Assembly: GCA_905178155.1 (NCBI GenBank)
Contig: CAJINV010000012.1
Location: forward strand, 1,492,492 to 1,556,491
Source of the DNA: Amoebophrya sp. A120
Lineage: Eukaryota > Protista > Dinoflagellata
Length of the DNA stretch: 64,000 nucleotides
Direction of reading: 5' to 3'
The translations under genes and the position numbers were made by a program. A model generated the notes under the pieces. It made no database searches, was not told the origin of the DNA, and was given only the letters and a program-made list of their open reading frames with translations. Each line of letters opens with the position of its first letter. The stretch's first letter is position 1. Below are positions 12,532 to 26,067 of the stretch, in pieces.

Positions 12532-13629
12532 CCTGACGTCCTTCTCCCAAGATCAGTCTTCTTTCCGACACGGCTGCCACGGAAAACCCAGTACTCTCCG
12601 GAGTCGACGATTTTTTTTGACGACGAGGGCAAAGTTGAATTTCAAATCCGAGTTTTGTTTGTACTGAATAAAAAATAAGATATCCCAATCAGAGTTGTAA
12701 CTTTTTCAAAATACGTCTTTTTAGCGGATGGGATGCGCCAGATGTTGTTAATGCAAATAAAGCTATCAACAAGTGTTTTTTGTCATGACGAAATCACTAT
12801 TGCAAGTGCAAAAGAAACTACTCAGCGGACCAAAAATTTCAAATGAAAATTGTACAGCACATGGAAGATGATGAAAAAATAATGTACACCACGGCGGACC
12901 AAATCCAAAGTGCGTCTTGCGCCGGGAACTCTTCGGTTGTTCACAGGCTGTCCATGTCCTCTTGTCATGCGGGTTTACCGTTCATGCTGCTCCTAGCGTA
13001 GGACCGGGGGTCTTTGCTAGTACGACCTCGCAACTTCAGCTTTCTTTCAAGAGTTTCATTTTTCTGTGGCCCGGACTCCTTTGTAAAGCAAAAGCGTAGA
13101 AGCTTACTTAATGAGAAGTTGACTTTTTTGCCAGTACCGCCTGAATAGCCATGGATGCGTACTTTTTGACGCGGCTGCTTCTTCGTTTGGAACGTAAGCC
13201 TTCAGCGATTCATTTCTTTTCTTCTCTTCTTCTGGAAATCGGTTCGTTTCTCATCGGAAGAGACCGACGGTCACGTTGGTTCCTGGCATTTGCTTCGCTC
13301 GCACAGTTCGGAAAACGAAAATTTTAAAGATCACACACCAAGATCACATCACTTGAGAGGCCGGCTCTTCCTGAGAAGCCGCCTCTTTCGTTCTACTGAG
13401 AAGCCGTTTCTTTCGTTCTACTCACAAGCCGCTTCTTTAGTTTGTTGGTACGCTGCTGAAGCGCAGCCTATCCCTCGATGATTACTTGTTTTTTTTTGAG
13501 GTGTCAACCCTAAGTATGTACTTACTTAAGTCGTCGATGTGCAATTTTTTCAAAGGATGCTACAAAGAATACTTCTTACTTGAGCCTCTTGTCATTTAGT
13601 ATCATCCCCGTCAAAACCTTCTGTGAAAA

Positions 13630-16600
13630 ATGCGTTTGCGTAAGCGTCGGCGACGTCGCCGTAGTTTTGTGTCTCCCTTGTTTGCAATCTCGACGGTGGT
13701 GGTGCTGCACGACGCCGCGGAAATAGCGCACGCTTACGACGCCCACATTGCGGACAAGCATGTGACCGACCCCTTGACCGTCGGTCTGTACGCTGATCCG
13801 AATTGCACAAAATCGACCTTCTGGTCCGATGTGCTCCGGCAACTCAATGATGCCTGTAGTAATACGGGAGAGGGAACTACGACGTCGTTCAGGGGTGGCG
13901 CAACAAGAACTGCAGCAAGTGCTACTGCATTTCACGACCCGGAAGCGGCTTTCTTTACGGGTGCGGAGGAGGAAACTGATGCGGAACTTGCCGCAAATGT
14001 GTTGAACGACCAGGAAGAAATAGCAGAGCCGTTACCCACCCGCATTTGCTCTTCCGCGCAGCTGCACCAAAATAGGATCGCGCTGGCGGGGTTTTTTATG
14101 CGGAATTACGGGCTGAATGACTTGCTGAACAATGACGATGCGTGCCTGCTCGGGGCTTACTCCCTGTTTCTGTTCAACATCTGGAATGCGTGGAACGGAG
14201 GGAGCTTTCACGGGACGATAAGAAAAGTGGAAGCGAGGTACTAGTTCTGAGCGCCAGAAATAAGCTGGTCTTATCATGCAGGGTCTGCTACAAATAGGTG
14301 TTTACGTCGCAAGGAAGTATTCTGCTCGTTGTCGTGTAATTCTCATCTGCATGAGAAAGACGGCCTAGTACGATGGCATTAAAAGTGTATCCGTGCAGGC
14401 AGCTCAAATAAAATTGGCTTACTGTTCCATACACGCTGGTAAACTTCGCGATGCTGAACGACGGTTTTCTGGAAGGGGTAAGCATTTTTTGTGATGCATA
14501 GTGTTACCGTGGTAATTAGAATCTGTCGCTTCCCTTGCACGACAAACAGCACATGATAGATTTTCAACAGGCTCGACAATCGCTCTTCCGACAATAGGAG
14601 CAACCTTGCAAAACACTAAAACCCAGATGACGCCGCAATTCTACGAAGACTCCGCCTGGCCGTTGAAGGACGTCGAACTCCGTACCCTCCGAGCACAAAT
14701 CCTCTACAACGTACGAAAATACCGACAGCACTTCCTGTTGACCAACGTCACCACGACCGAAGAAGACGGGGGCCAAGTGTACCGCGACGAGCTCAAGCGG
14801 CAGCTTTCCCAGCGCAGCCGGCGGCAGTTTGCCGACATACCAAGTTGGGAATCCACCCCCTTTCACGCCTACACGGGTACGCCAATCCAAAACGTGCCAC
14901 AGACGAAGGTCCGGATTTTCGTGTATGACGACGGGTTATGCATTGCAAATATGTCTGGGTCTGGAAAGTTGAAACTTGTAAATGCTGGTCGTACATCAGT
15001 GTGAAATCTGTATTGCATGACCGACAGAAGTCGTAGCCTCTCATGTCATACAAAAGCGCAGTTTCTCATGCGGGGTTTGTATGAGAAAGCGTTCTACAGA
15101 CTTGTCATGCTTTTCTGCATAAGGCAGTGGTTTCATCATGCACATTGTAGCATCACAAGTTTCCTGACCCAGACATATTTGCATTTGATACGGCTTCAGC
15201 AAGGAAATTGGGAAACTGACCACTGGCGCGTCCTTTTGCCACCGGAGACAGTGTAACGAATACAAATACGGCTGGGTGGTCTGGAAACTTGTAATGCGGG
15301 TTCGACATCAATCGTGAGAACGCCGCAATTGAGAGCCAAGCATGGCAAGTTTTTGGGTTGCTAGGTGTTGCCGACTCTGCATGGCAAGCTGTGTTTTTGC
15401 ATGACAGACGAGCACTGGAGGGGTGTTTCTATTTGGGCAATGTGCATGACAGCCTTAAGAGTCATGCTGGCCGAGCATGACAAACTTCGCACTCTTCCGG
15501 ACCCAGACGTGTTTGCAATGCATACCGTGGGGCTCGGACGTCGGGTTCTACGATTTCTTCCGGCAGGCGCCCGAGATGACGAAAGACCCCGAAGTATCAT
15601 ATGTAAAAACGTCCCCACCCCATAGTCAAGTTGGGAACCTAGCAAGACAAATCCACAAGTTTTGGGAGCCACGCATGAGAAGTAGTTGCAGTCCGTAGCG
15701 TAGTGCATATTAGCAAGGACAATCGCATCACAAACCCATCTGCTTATCCTGTTTACAGCATTACAAATTCGACAATGCGATTGGAAATGCCTGTCATGAA
15801 GATGCGCATTACGAATCTCTCTGTAATCGCAAATCTGCATGACAACTCTTAGGGTGGGGACGTTTTTACTCATAATACGAAGAAGCGGATTTCTTTTTCG
15901 TCCCGGGTTTCGCACTCTGTCTCCAGGTCGCCAATTTGTACTCCTTGGACAAACTAGACGAGATTTACAGCAAGTTGATGAGCGATCTACCCTATTTAAA
16001 ACGGAACAACGGGCGGGACCACATTTTCACCTTCCATTACCAAGACGTGTTCCGGAGCTGGCGAAAATTCATCCCCAACGCGATTTTTCTGACGCCAGAG
16101 ACCGAGGTCGGGTTTGAGCTGTCCATCGACGAGCTGGGTTACGACCCGCTGCTCCAGCCGGTGTTTGACACGAGAAAGGACATCGTCACTCCTCCCTATA
16201 TGGAGTTCAAACACGTGTATCCTGAGTAACAACGTCCCCACCCCATAGTGTCAAGATGGGAAATCTGCTACACAAATCAGCCAGCTTAGGTTGTTGCGCA
16301 TGACACGCTTGGGTTGCTCGTAGTGTAATCTTGTTCAGGTCGTTTAGCAGCATCACAGATCTAGCCCACTATGCTGGTTGGAGCAATACAAATTCCAAAG
16401 CACGACTATCCAAGTCTTCCCATGGGGCTCCGCATGGGAAACATTTTCAGCATCCAGATGTGCATGACAACTATGGGCGGGTGGGGACATTCTTACTTAG
16501 GATAATGTCCTGGGGTTGCTCACGTTCAACAAACCTCTACGCGCGAGAACGATTTTCTGCTCCTTCGCGGGAAAATTGTGGCAGGACGTGGCGGAAGCGT

Positions 16601-18029
16601 ATGCGGTGCGGAACTATCAAATGCAACTATCTCTAGGTCTGGAAATTTGTGTTGCTGATATCTGCATTGCAGGGTGGCCGTCTGTACGGCATCACAGCAT
16701 GAGAAGTTTTCTTCAGCAGCTACCAAATCCAGCACGATCAAATAGTTGGGCACTGGTATTCATGCATCACAGATCTTGTTGTGCTTCAAATCTCGCATCA
16801 GAAATCCACCAGACCCAGACAAAAAGATTTGCAATGCATAGGAACAGCGTGAAAGAAATCTTCGGCGCGAAGGAGGACTGCCAGATCCACGCCGAGGAGT
16901 CCATGTCGCAATTGTTGAACAGCCGGCAAATGTATTCTCTGATGGGCGACAGCCGGTTTTGTCTGGTGCCCCGGGGCCGCGCCGCTATCAACTGTAAAAA
17001 TGTCTGGGTCTGGAAGAATCCAACTCGTCATGCTGATTTTGGATTCTAAAAAGATCTGTATTGCATGAGCAGCAAAGAGAGTCCAAGTGTTGCTACACGG
17101 AAAGAGCATTTGTCATGCGGTATAGGCATCAGGAAGCCCTCACAATAAAATCTGTGATGCTAGGGCATGCATCACAGACATCAGGAGTCATGCAAAATGT
17201 GCATGACAAACCTGGCAATCTTCCAGACCCAGACACTTTTACATTTGATAGCCGCCTGGTCCGTCCGATTTTTCGAGACCATGTGGGCGGGGTGCGTGCC
17301 GGTGATACTCAGTGACCACTTTGAAACGCCGTTTGAATCCCTGTTCGACGTGACAAAATTCGTCATCAAATTTCCCGTAGCGAAAATGAACGAGTTGTAC
17401 GACTACTTGAAATATCAACTGCAAATATGTCTGGGTCTGGAAGGTTGCGAGACTTGTCATGCTGGTTTGGCATGACCCTCACCCTTAACTCTGTATTGTG
17501 TGGCCACAAAAAGCCTCTCTCGCCTGTCATGCAAAAACCCATTTCTCGTGCGGAATACGCAGAACAGAAGCACGAAAAAACTTGTCATGCTTGGCAGCGC
17601 ATTACAGTGCATTTGTCATTGACTGACTTGCATCACAGGTTTCCAGACCCAGACATATTTGCAATGCATATGAAATCCATTCCCGTCTGGAAGCTCGAGC
17701 GCATGCAGTATGAGGCGCAGCGGGTGCGGTGCTGGTATCTGTACACGCAACCGGAGATTTCGTGGCTCGGGTCCGCCACGGTACTGCACACGCAACACCA
17801 GCTGGAGAACGTGTGTCCGAACTTGGGGTCCAGCCGAAACGCCTACCAAGCGACTTTGGAGTTGCTGGGCCGGAAGGTGCGGAAGTCGAGGAGTTTGGAC
17901 CGGTTTTTCTACCCGGTGGAGGGCATCGCGGGAAACTGGGCGGAGACAGAAGTGGTGGACATGAAGTCATTGGGGGTGGTGGGGAGTTTGAATTCCGAAT
18001 CCTCGGCTCTGATTCCTCTCTCGCGGTAG
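13630..18029 (+). CDS. Exostosin-family (GT47) glycosyltransferase, multi-exon
   Basis: After removing 7 introners: KVRIFVYD, GQWGSDV-like, [64 protein letters not shown]. GT-AG introns near 14238-14570 not precisely resolved. Confidence 0.88.
14937..15190. mobile_element. Introner family A
   Basis: Family A TIRs; DR CGGGT/CGGCT. Confidence 0.9.
15254..15524. mobile_element. Introner family A (diverged left end)
   Basis: TAACGAATACAAATACGGCTGGG...CCCAGACGTGTTTGCAATGCATA; DR CAGTG/CCGTG. Confidence 0.85.
15595..15877. mobile_element. Introner family B
   Basis: TATCATATGTAAAAACGTCCCCACCC...GGGTGGGGACGTTTTTACTCATAATA; DR CGAAG. Confidence 0.9.
16218..16504. mobile_element. Introner family B
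   Basis: Family B TIRs; DR ACGTG/ATGTC; frame restored (KHV|LGLLTF). Confidence 0.88.
16615..16840. mobile_element. Introner family A
   Basis: Family A TIRs; DR GGAAC. Confidence 0.88.
16986..17250. mobile_element. Introner family A
   Basis: Family A TIRs; DR GCCGC; restores [13 protein letters not shown]. Confidence 0.93.
17413..17670. mobile_element. Introner family A
   Basis: Family A TIRs; DR TGAAA. Confidence 0.92.
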
Positions 18030-18695
18030 GAGGGGGAGAGAGTGTCTTGTCTTGCAGTACAACTTAGTCAGGTCGTATCCAAATCGCATCTTTAATGATT
18101 GTAGTTCTTGAAGCCTTCAGATCGGGTTGCATTATGGAATGGCACGAAGTAGAACAGAAATGAAAATCAGAAGAAGGAATTTTCTCTACCGATACTTCTG
18201 CACTCATGAGCTTTGACACAGTGTTCCAATCTATCGTGTAGCAGTAGCAATAAAGTCATGACGAAGAGTGAGATCAGGTCCTTTACCTTCAGTGGAATTC
18301 TCTTCGAAAGCGAAGCCGATCTTTCTTTGTCGAAGTTCCAAGGTAGATCTAAAGAAGCAGGTTTTACTTTTCAGAGAAAAGACTTCTACTTTTCAGAGAA
18401 GAGATCATCTTTTCGCATTGCTTTTCCAGCACAGCTGTTGCTTGCTGCATAGCCGTATTCTTTTTCCGTGAAACTTACAGCATCCATTTGTTCTTGACAG
18501 CGACAATTTCTAGCACGACGAGGACAAGGATCAGTAACGAGGTTTAGTAGAAATAGGACGGGGCAACCAGCGTAAGTACTAGTACAATGTAAGGACAAGC
18601 TTCACCTTTCGACAAAACAGAAGTTCGACTTACCTCCCTTCGCAGACGTATTCTATGAAAAGCCCGATCTCCCCTTCATACTAAACCAAACCACC

Positions 18696-20326
18696 ATGTC
18701 CGTGTTGCTCGAAACTTCCCTCGGCGACATCGTCATCGACTTGTTGGTAAAAGACTGCCCCAAAGCGAGCCAGAATTTTCTCAAACTCTGCAAGGCGAAG
18801 TTCTACAACAATGTGGTTTTCGATAAAATCGAGAAGGACTACCTGGCGTTTTTCGGCGCCTCCACGGGAAAACAGCAAAACGAGAATTGCAGTGCCTGGA
18901 ACTACATTTTAGGGAACGAGAAGCACGCGAAAAAGTTCTTCCACGATGAAATCCACAAAGACATTGTCCACGACGCGAAGGGGATCCTCGCCATGGCCAC
19001 CGAGTCCCCGGACAGCAATGGGAATCGGGTGTACTTGACGTTGCGCGAGGACCTGGAGCGGTTAGATGGGGCGCACACAATTTTCGGCCGGATCGCGGAG
19101 GAGGAGGGGCTGGAGGTACTGGACAAAGTGAACCAGGTGATGGTCGATCACTACAAGCGGCCGTTCCAAAACGTAAGGATAAAACACGTCATTGTGCTGG
19201 ATGATCCGTTCGACGATATTGCGGATGAGGACGGTATTTGAGTACATAGATGAGGCAAACTTCTCTTGTTTTTTTCTCTGTGGGCCGACGCATGACTGGT
19301 TCTGTCTGTCATGCAGGGGCCGCGTTTGGAAATGAAATTGTTGTCTGACTGCCCAACTTCAGGAACTCTCTTCTAATTACTTATCCAGGTTACGAGTCCC
19401 CAGCGGAAATTCTCGACAAGCAAATCGAAGATCTTCTCCAGGAGGAAAACGAGGACGCGGAGGCGCAGCTCGACCGTATCCGCAAGGCAGACGCGAAATC
19501 GCAGGCGATAACACTGGAACTGTTAAATGACTTACCCGATGCGGATATGAAACCCCCGGACAATGTGCTGTTCATCGCAAATCTGAACCCGGTGACGCAG
19601 GATTCAGATTTGCAGCTCCTTTTCGAGCGGTTCGGGTTAATTCGGTCCTGCCAGATCATTCGGGATTTCAAAACCGGGGATAGCTTGCAGTACGCATTTA
19701 TTGAGTACGAAGCCGAGCGCGACTGCGAGGAGGCCTTTTTCAAGATGCAGGGGGTGTTGGTGGACGGCAGGAGAATCCACTGCGACTTTTCGCAGTCCGT
19801 GTCGAAACAGTTCTCGCAGTTCAAATCCGGAAGAATTTCCGCGGATGAAATAGCGGGGATGAAGGGAGGGAAGGGGTTGCCCTCCGGGGGTAACAGCAGT
19901 GAAAACTACAAGCTGGACAACCCTTTCCTCGCGTTGAACGGGAAAAAAGGAAAGGGGAAGAAGGGCAAAGGAAAGGACGATTTCTTCGGTTTTGGAAAGG
20001 ATCGCGCTTCAGATAACCCAAACGCAATTCCAATTCCTTCGTCTTCTTCCAGACAGTACCTCCACCCGGACGACGCCGCTCAACATCCGTCTTCCAGAGA
20101 CGGAGGTAGTTCTAGGCGCGACAGAGACCATAATCCTCGGGACATTAGAGATCGTGATCGAGACCGCGAGTACAGTAGGCGATCGCGGTCTAGGTCACGA
20201 GACCGTGGCCGGGAGGCGAAAAGCAAAAAGCACAATAAAAGCCGAAGCAGGAGCCGAAAGCGGAAAAAATCCAGGTCGAAAAGTAGGGATAAAAAGGAGA
20301 AGAAACATGAAAAGAAGAGGAAGTGA
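18696..20326 (+). CDS. PPIL4: Cyclophilin-RRM protein (PPIL4/CYP59 type) with RS-rich tail; exons 18696-19233 and 19389-20326
   Basis: [16 protein letters not shown]...NFLKLCK...HTIFG...VLDDPFDD; GT-AG intron 19234-19388 keeps frame; [18 protein letters not shown] ([21 protein letters not shown]), Arg/Ser tail. Confidence 0.92.
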
Positions 20327-20698
20327 CTTTTGCTTTTCAGATGAAGAAGTGAGTACAGGAGCGACTGTCGATTACTTAGTTTTACTGGGAATCTGCTTGC
20401 GTCAGCGCGAAGATCCGCGGAAAGAAACATAAAACGTCTCTAGAGAGTGCGACGGGCGATGTCGCTGAAGTATGCAAGGGCGCAACAGCTGCAGCGAGGA
20501 AAAGTGTTCGCTATGTATGGATACTACTTGTCAAGTGTCAGGCTGCAGTAGCGTCGTGGTTTCCGCTTCGTCCGCGTTCTGGTTTATGCTCTACGTCGTG
20601 ATGATAATCGTGTAATTGTTGCTTGCACTGGGACTGGAAGGACTAATTTCTATTTCTTCACTTCACAATCTCAACTCAAAAAATTCTAGGGAAACAAA

Positions 20699-20780
20699 TC
20701 TGTTGTCTGCGAAACGTAAAGTATATCTGTTGTCTGCGAAACGCAAAAACTCTGTCTCTGTTTCTGTTGTCTGCTAAACG
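20699..20780 (+). repeat. Three copies of TCTGTTGTCTGC(G/T)AAACG in intergenic DNA
   Basis: Copies start at 20699, 20726 and 20763. Confidence 0.8.
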
Positions 20781-21063
20781 CGAAGGATACTATTTTCATT
20801 GGTTTGCTGCATTGTCATTGAGTTTTCACCACGGAAAACGAAGCTCTCGGAGTGTTGCCCTTTTCTGCGTCTTCTTCACGGAACTTTGAGTTTCCCCCGT
20901 CTTCTTGACAACCTGCTTGTCGTGAAGGTACAGTGCCACTTTCAACTTCTACGGACCACGGGTTGCACCCTGTTCCCCAGCCAGAATCAGCAACAAGCAC
21001 TGCTGCGTCCGTCGTGCTATCGTTGAGGTACAGCAGATCCGCCAAAAAAAACGAAAGCCAAAT

Positions 21064-24000
21064 ATGTCCTCCGCACCAACGTCTTTCGCACGACAAACCA
21101 ATACCGGCGACGCAAATGGGGGCAAGGGGAAGGGTAAAAAGAAGTACTCCTGGAGAAAAGTCACGACCCAGCGGCCTTCGATGACCACGGGCGCAGGAGA
21201 GGATACTACCTGCTACATGAAGAATGAAGCGAAGGGAAAGAAGAAGAAGAAGTTCTATTGGAGAAAAGTTACGACCCAGCCCCCGTCAACCTCCACGAAC
21301 GCAGAAGGAGACGACCAACAGCGGCTCATCACAAAAGAACCTGCTCCAAGTGCGAATGATTTTTGTGCGAAAAACAAGAAGAGCAACGGCAACCTCGACA
21401 TCAAAAGCGCTAATCTTCCGAATGTGAGCGACTGTGACAAATCACCTTCTGTGGTAGCGCGGCTAAAGGATCATGGTGGCGAGGGAGATGAAACTCATAC
21501 CTCAACCTCCACAACGAGCAACGGCAGCACAAGCTGTGGCGGTACACCCGACATACTTGCAGAAGTGATATCAGAGACGGATCAGGAAAGTTGTGAGGAC
21601 GGTAATCATGATGAGGAGGAAAAAAACCCTTCCTTCAACATCGCAAACAGGAAAATGTCGCTCACAGATTTGCCACTGGAGCTGATTTTTGAGATCGCGA
21701 GCTTCGTCGGACCTGAGGTTAAATTGCAGTTTTTCGGCAAAAGTAGACCAGGTGTTACTGGTAAAAGATCAACATACTACCGTCCCCTGTCGGAGAAGCA
21801 GCTGGTTCCGTGGCTGGATTTCTTCGGCCCCAGTTATGTGCTGCAGAATTTGGAACACGACATTCACGAATTTTTTACCGGGTTTCTCGGTCGGGATGCG
21901 AATAATGAAGCGGAAAGTGTGGAAGAGATTCAACGGAGATCCACCAGTGATAGGAGCAGGGGTAAAATTGATGCAAACGAACATACCAGAATGAGGAAGA
22001 GGATTGTCAGCAGGCACAGAGAAGACGAACAAGCAAATGAGATGAATGCTGCTCAACGTCTTGCTCACGGTTCTTCTTCTTCCTCCCCTTCACCATCTCC
22101 AGCAGTTTCTCCACATCAAAGTGCAAAAGACCAAGGTGATACTATTCTGACCATACCGGATGGGTTCGGCGGAACACTGAAATTCGAGGCAGAGGACGTG
22201 CTGACCAGTCTCCCACTGTCGTCTTTCTCCTCCAGCTCGCACGACGGAACTTTCCCGGAGAAGTTTTTCTCCATCAGAATTTACTCCGACCTGTTCAATT
22301 TTGCGCAAACGTGCAAGCAACTCTACGCGGATTTGTGGCAAGACCCGGAGCACCTATTCGCGAGCTTTTACTTTGAGAATATGTCTTGCAAAAGTAGGGT
22401 GTTGGTACGGATAAATCGTTGCACTGCAAATTAAGAAATTGTTTTCGGACGCATGATGCTTAAGAGAAAAAGCAAAAGTGCGATTTCTAGTGATGCTACA
22501 TCCGACAGGGAGGCTGCTTTGTCATGCAGATACAGTACTTATTGCAATTTCACTGACACCAGCACACTAACTTTTGGGCGGCATAGGGGAGAGGAACGAA
22601 CGAAATAATCCAATCGCGGAGAAGATGATTCGTAAGAGGAACGAGCAGCAAAAGCGCCAGGAAGATAAACGAAATCAAGAAAACAACACGACGAGGACCA
22701 CTAGTGGCGCTTCTTTTCCACGACCTCTCAGTGAATTGAAATTAGAACAATTACCATCGGAAAATAAATGTCTCTTGTTCAGTAACTCCAATTTGTTTGG
22801 TCTCCCGGCGTTTTTGGAGTACAAAATTTGGCACGCGGAGGTACGGAGACAGCGGGAGCTGGTGTTGCGCAGTTGCGCGGAGGTTTCCACTGGGACTGGC
22901 GTAGTTGCCAGCGCTACCAGTTCTAGCAGTAGGTCCTCTTCCTCTACTTCTGCTTCTCCCGAGAAAAGAGCGGAATCAAAAGTAAATCAACCAGATCTAC
23001 TGCTGTTGTCAAAAACAAAACAAGCATCCGATGAACAAATAACCGAATCGCGAAAAATAACCGAATTCGATCGGATTTGGGCTCTCGCGGGTGCGGCAAC
23101 CACACTCCCGACGCGGTACGCAGGCACCGGCGTGGCTCCCTTTCACGGGAATTTCGCATCTTTCTGGGTGCGCTTCCAACAGGGCGGGCCGCTGTCGTTT
23201 GCTTTTCTCACGGAGCCCGAATTGTTCTGCGGCTTGGTTTCGATGGAGGAGGTGAAGCGACACTTTTTCTTCGAACAATTGGTGTACGCGAAAAGAATGG
23301 CCGCGAAAATAAAGACGGCCGCGAAGATGAAGCAGGAGGACAAGGAAATATTGAAATTGGAGCAATCAAATTCAAGAACGGCAGATCATCATGTTGCTGA
23401 CACATCACAAGATGTTGACAGTGGCGGGCTAACTACCCTCCGAAATTACACCGCCGCTGTCCATCTCGACGGCGAAAGGAGAACCACGGTTGTAACGAGC
23501 AGATTTATTGAACCTGCTCCAAATTCTTCGGGCTCCAACAATATTCCCCCGGTGGCTGCTCTCCACTTGCGGTGGTGCAGCCGAATCGAACAGCAGCTGC
23601 GGGCTGCGCTGCTGCGCAAAAGGATCTCGCGACATGTGCGAAAGATGGCCGAGGAGAGGCAGAGGACGGGGACGTCGGGGGAGACCGAAACCGCTGGGTT
23701 AGAAAATAACGCAAAGGAAATGCAGAGCAGCATGGAAAATGAAAACAAAAAGACAAACACGGAGAACACGAACACGACAGAGGAAAATCAGCAGAATTCT
23801 CCATCTACTGCCGCCGCTTGTACCAAGACCAACCGCACATCAACTACCGCTACCACTCTTGAAGATGAACCATCACGGAATAGCCGCCCAAAAGGTGTGA
23901 GCAGAGGGACATCAAGTGGATCATCTTCAGCATCATCTTCATCTTCACTGCCAAGCAAAAATGCGGAAGAAGATGCAGTGGCTCCCCAGCAGGGTCCTAC

Positions 24001-24121
24001 AGCAAAAAAAAACCCGGTGCTGAGCGCCACCTACGACGAAATTTTTGCGAACCGGGAATCCGCCGAGAGTTACATCGCATTGCTGGTAAAACATGGGCCT
24101 GTTGAGGACGTCGAAGGGTAA
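21064..24121 (+). CDS. Hypothetical protein with F-box-like motif (two long ORFs, probably joined by an intron ~22405-22590)
   Basis: ORFs of 456 and 515 aa. LTDLPLELIFEIASFV resembles an F-box start. Duplicated N-terminal motif GK..KK(Y/F).WRKVTTQ.PS. Splice join not resolved. Confidence 0.5.
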
Positions 24122-24749
24122 TTTTGTCCGTTTCCAAGCTGAAGCTGGAGTGAGTTGTCTGCACCGTTTCTATGTATCATCATTGATTTATTCTTTGACA
24201 TCACCACTTTTTTTTCAAAAGTTTCAAGACGTTTCGTAACATTCCATGGCATATGAGCTGACTTATTTCGCACTCATCTACTACATGAAGAAGACGCGGT
24301 GGAAGAAGGGACTACAATCCGAAGTTTCGTTTTTTTGAAATCATGCGGTGAAGAACTACGTGAGCAGCATATCCATCACGGGCATCAATTGTGTCTTCGA
24401 CATACCGACGAGCAGCTTGCACACAGTGCGATTGCGCACGCCGCCAATTCTGTGGGGCCGAAGGAAGCTCCTGGGGACACGGTGCAAGTGTTGAAGAAAC
24501 TGCCGTCCTGGTTGTTCCAGACAGCACCACTTGTCTTTCGGGTCAATATACTGGCTTCACCGACCACCTAAACTGATCGAGTGTACGTAGTACCCCAAGG
24601 ACATCATCAGTAAGTACTTACTTCAAAGAGGAGCAGTCCACTTGTTCAAACATACTGATAGATAGCACCAGACTGTGTCGGAAAAACGGTTTACGTCATT
24701 CTTGTTCCAAAAGACGATCCTCGGCTACGACACTGCAAAAACAGAAATT

Positions 24750-25424
24750 ATGTCGAACCTCGTCCGTCGTCTGCTTGAAAAACTCGTCCTTGCGCCTGGG
24801 CGGACTTCTCAGCGTGTCTGGCAATCAGCGCCGCGAGGACAACTGAGTAAGTCAAGCTTGTCTTGTTCCTGGTCCTGGGTTGAGGTTCCGGATGGAAATT
24901 GTTTAGGTTATTTGGCTCCCAACCTCTGGACGTCAACATCCCTTTTCTCAGCACTGAACATTTTCTACGCGGCGTTCCTGAGGAGCAGTACAGTCTGCAG
25001 GAACAACCACGCGAACGACGAGAGCAACAATGGACCACCGATGTTTTTTCCTTTCCCCTCTCTCGCCGCGGAGATAGGGTCGTCGACTCCGGAGAACCAC
25101 TTTAAAAATACCGACTCACCAAGTGCAGCAGATTTCGACAATGACGACATCAAAAACGACTGTGGCTTTCTCCACGTCCGTAACGGGAATTGGCGCAACA
25201 CCCAGGGCACTTTGAATCCGAGTTTGTGGAAGAGGTACCACCGGCACGGGTACTGGGCCCAGCGCCGGGTGTTCGGGCACAACGAATTCGCGGTGAAACG
25301 TCGCTGGAAGTTTCATTTGGTGTTGGGGCAGGGGAAAAGGTGTCAGGACTACATGTTGCAGAGAGCGACAAAGTACTGCGATCAAAGCTATTACAGGCCG
25401 TTGAAGAATTATTGTCGATGGTAA
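24750..25424 (+). CDS. Possible divergent mitochondrial ribosomal protein bL34m with long N-terminal extension
   Basis: GTLNPSLWKRYHRHGYWAQRR...KRRWK resembles the bL34 pattern (Y/F)QPS..KR.R.HG(F/W)..R; Arg/Ser/Leu-rich presequence-like N-terminus. Confidence 0.4.
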   Translation: MSNLVRRLLEKLVLAPGRTSQRVWQSAPRGQLSKSSLSCSWSWVEVPDGNCLGYLAPNLWTSTSLFSALNIFYAAFLRSSTVCRNNHANDESNNGPPMFFPFPSLAAEIGSSTPENHFKNTDSPSAADFDNDDIKNDCGFLHVRNGNWRNTQGTLNPSLWKRYHRHGYWAQRRVFGHNEFAVKRRWKFHLVLGQGKRCQDYMLQRATKYCDQSYYRPLKNYCRW

Positions 25425-26067
25425 TTTTTACTATGCAGTAGAAGACGTAATCAGTACAACAACTGGTGATAGAGATGCGAAAATGAATGGTATGTAAACA
25501 GCAGTACCTCCGGATGATAGAATGCGCCAAGTAGTGAGAAAGAAAAAGAAGCATCGATTGGATGTCGATAATTCTGAGAGCTGGAAATAGCAAAGAAGGA
25601 CTGCGAGGAATGTTTTTTCACCCAGTCTGTGAGTGCTGTTCCAATTGCTGACTTTGTTTCGTTTCGACTTCGATTTTCGCAACAATTTTAAGGTTTTCGT
25701 CAAATTGGTTCAAAACCATTTTCACGCGAGAGAACAGCAGCATCAAAACAGGGCTTGATCTTGTTCTAGGAAAAGGAACAAGCCACGAGTTGAATCAAAG
25801 TTGAGTTTTTTTCGAGTTGCGTTTTTTTCAAAGTGCCACGAGCTGTCGAGCAAAATAGAAGGTGTTGTAGTTTTGTAGTTGTTATCTGAAAATTGTTCGA
25901 TGTTTTTCTTTCGATGTTTCATTTGCAACCTATCAATAGGCAGTTTAGAAAGTCGAAAGAACACTACTACAGCCGTGTAACGACTTGTGCGGCACCGCGG
26001 TATTTCTGCGATGGTGAGACCCAGACCCATTCGTAAGTAGCTAGATTTTTAGACAGAAAAAGAGAAA

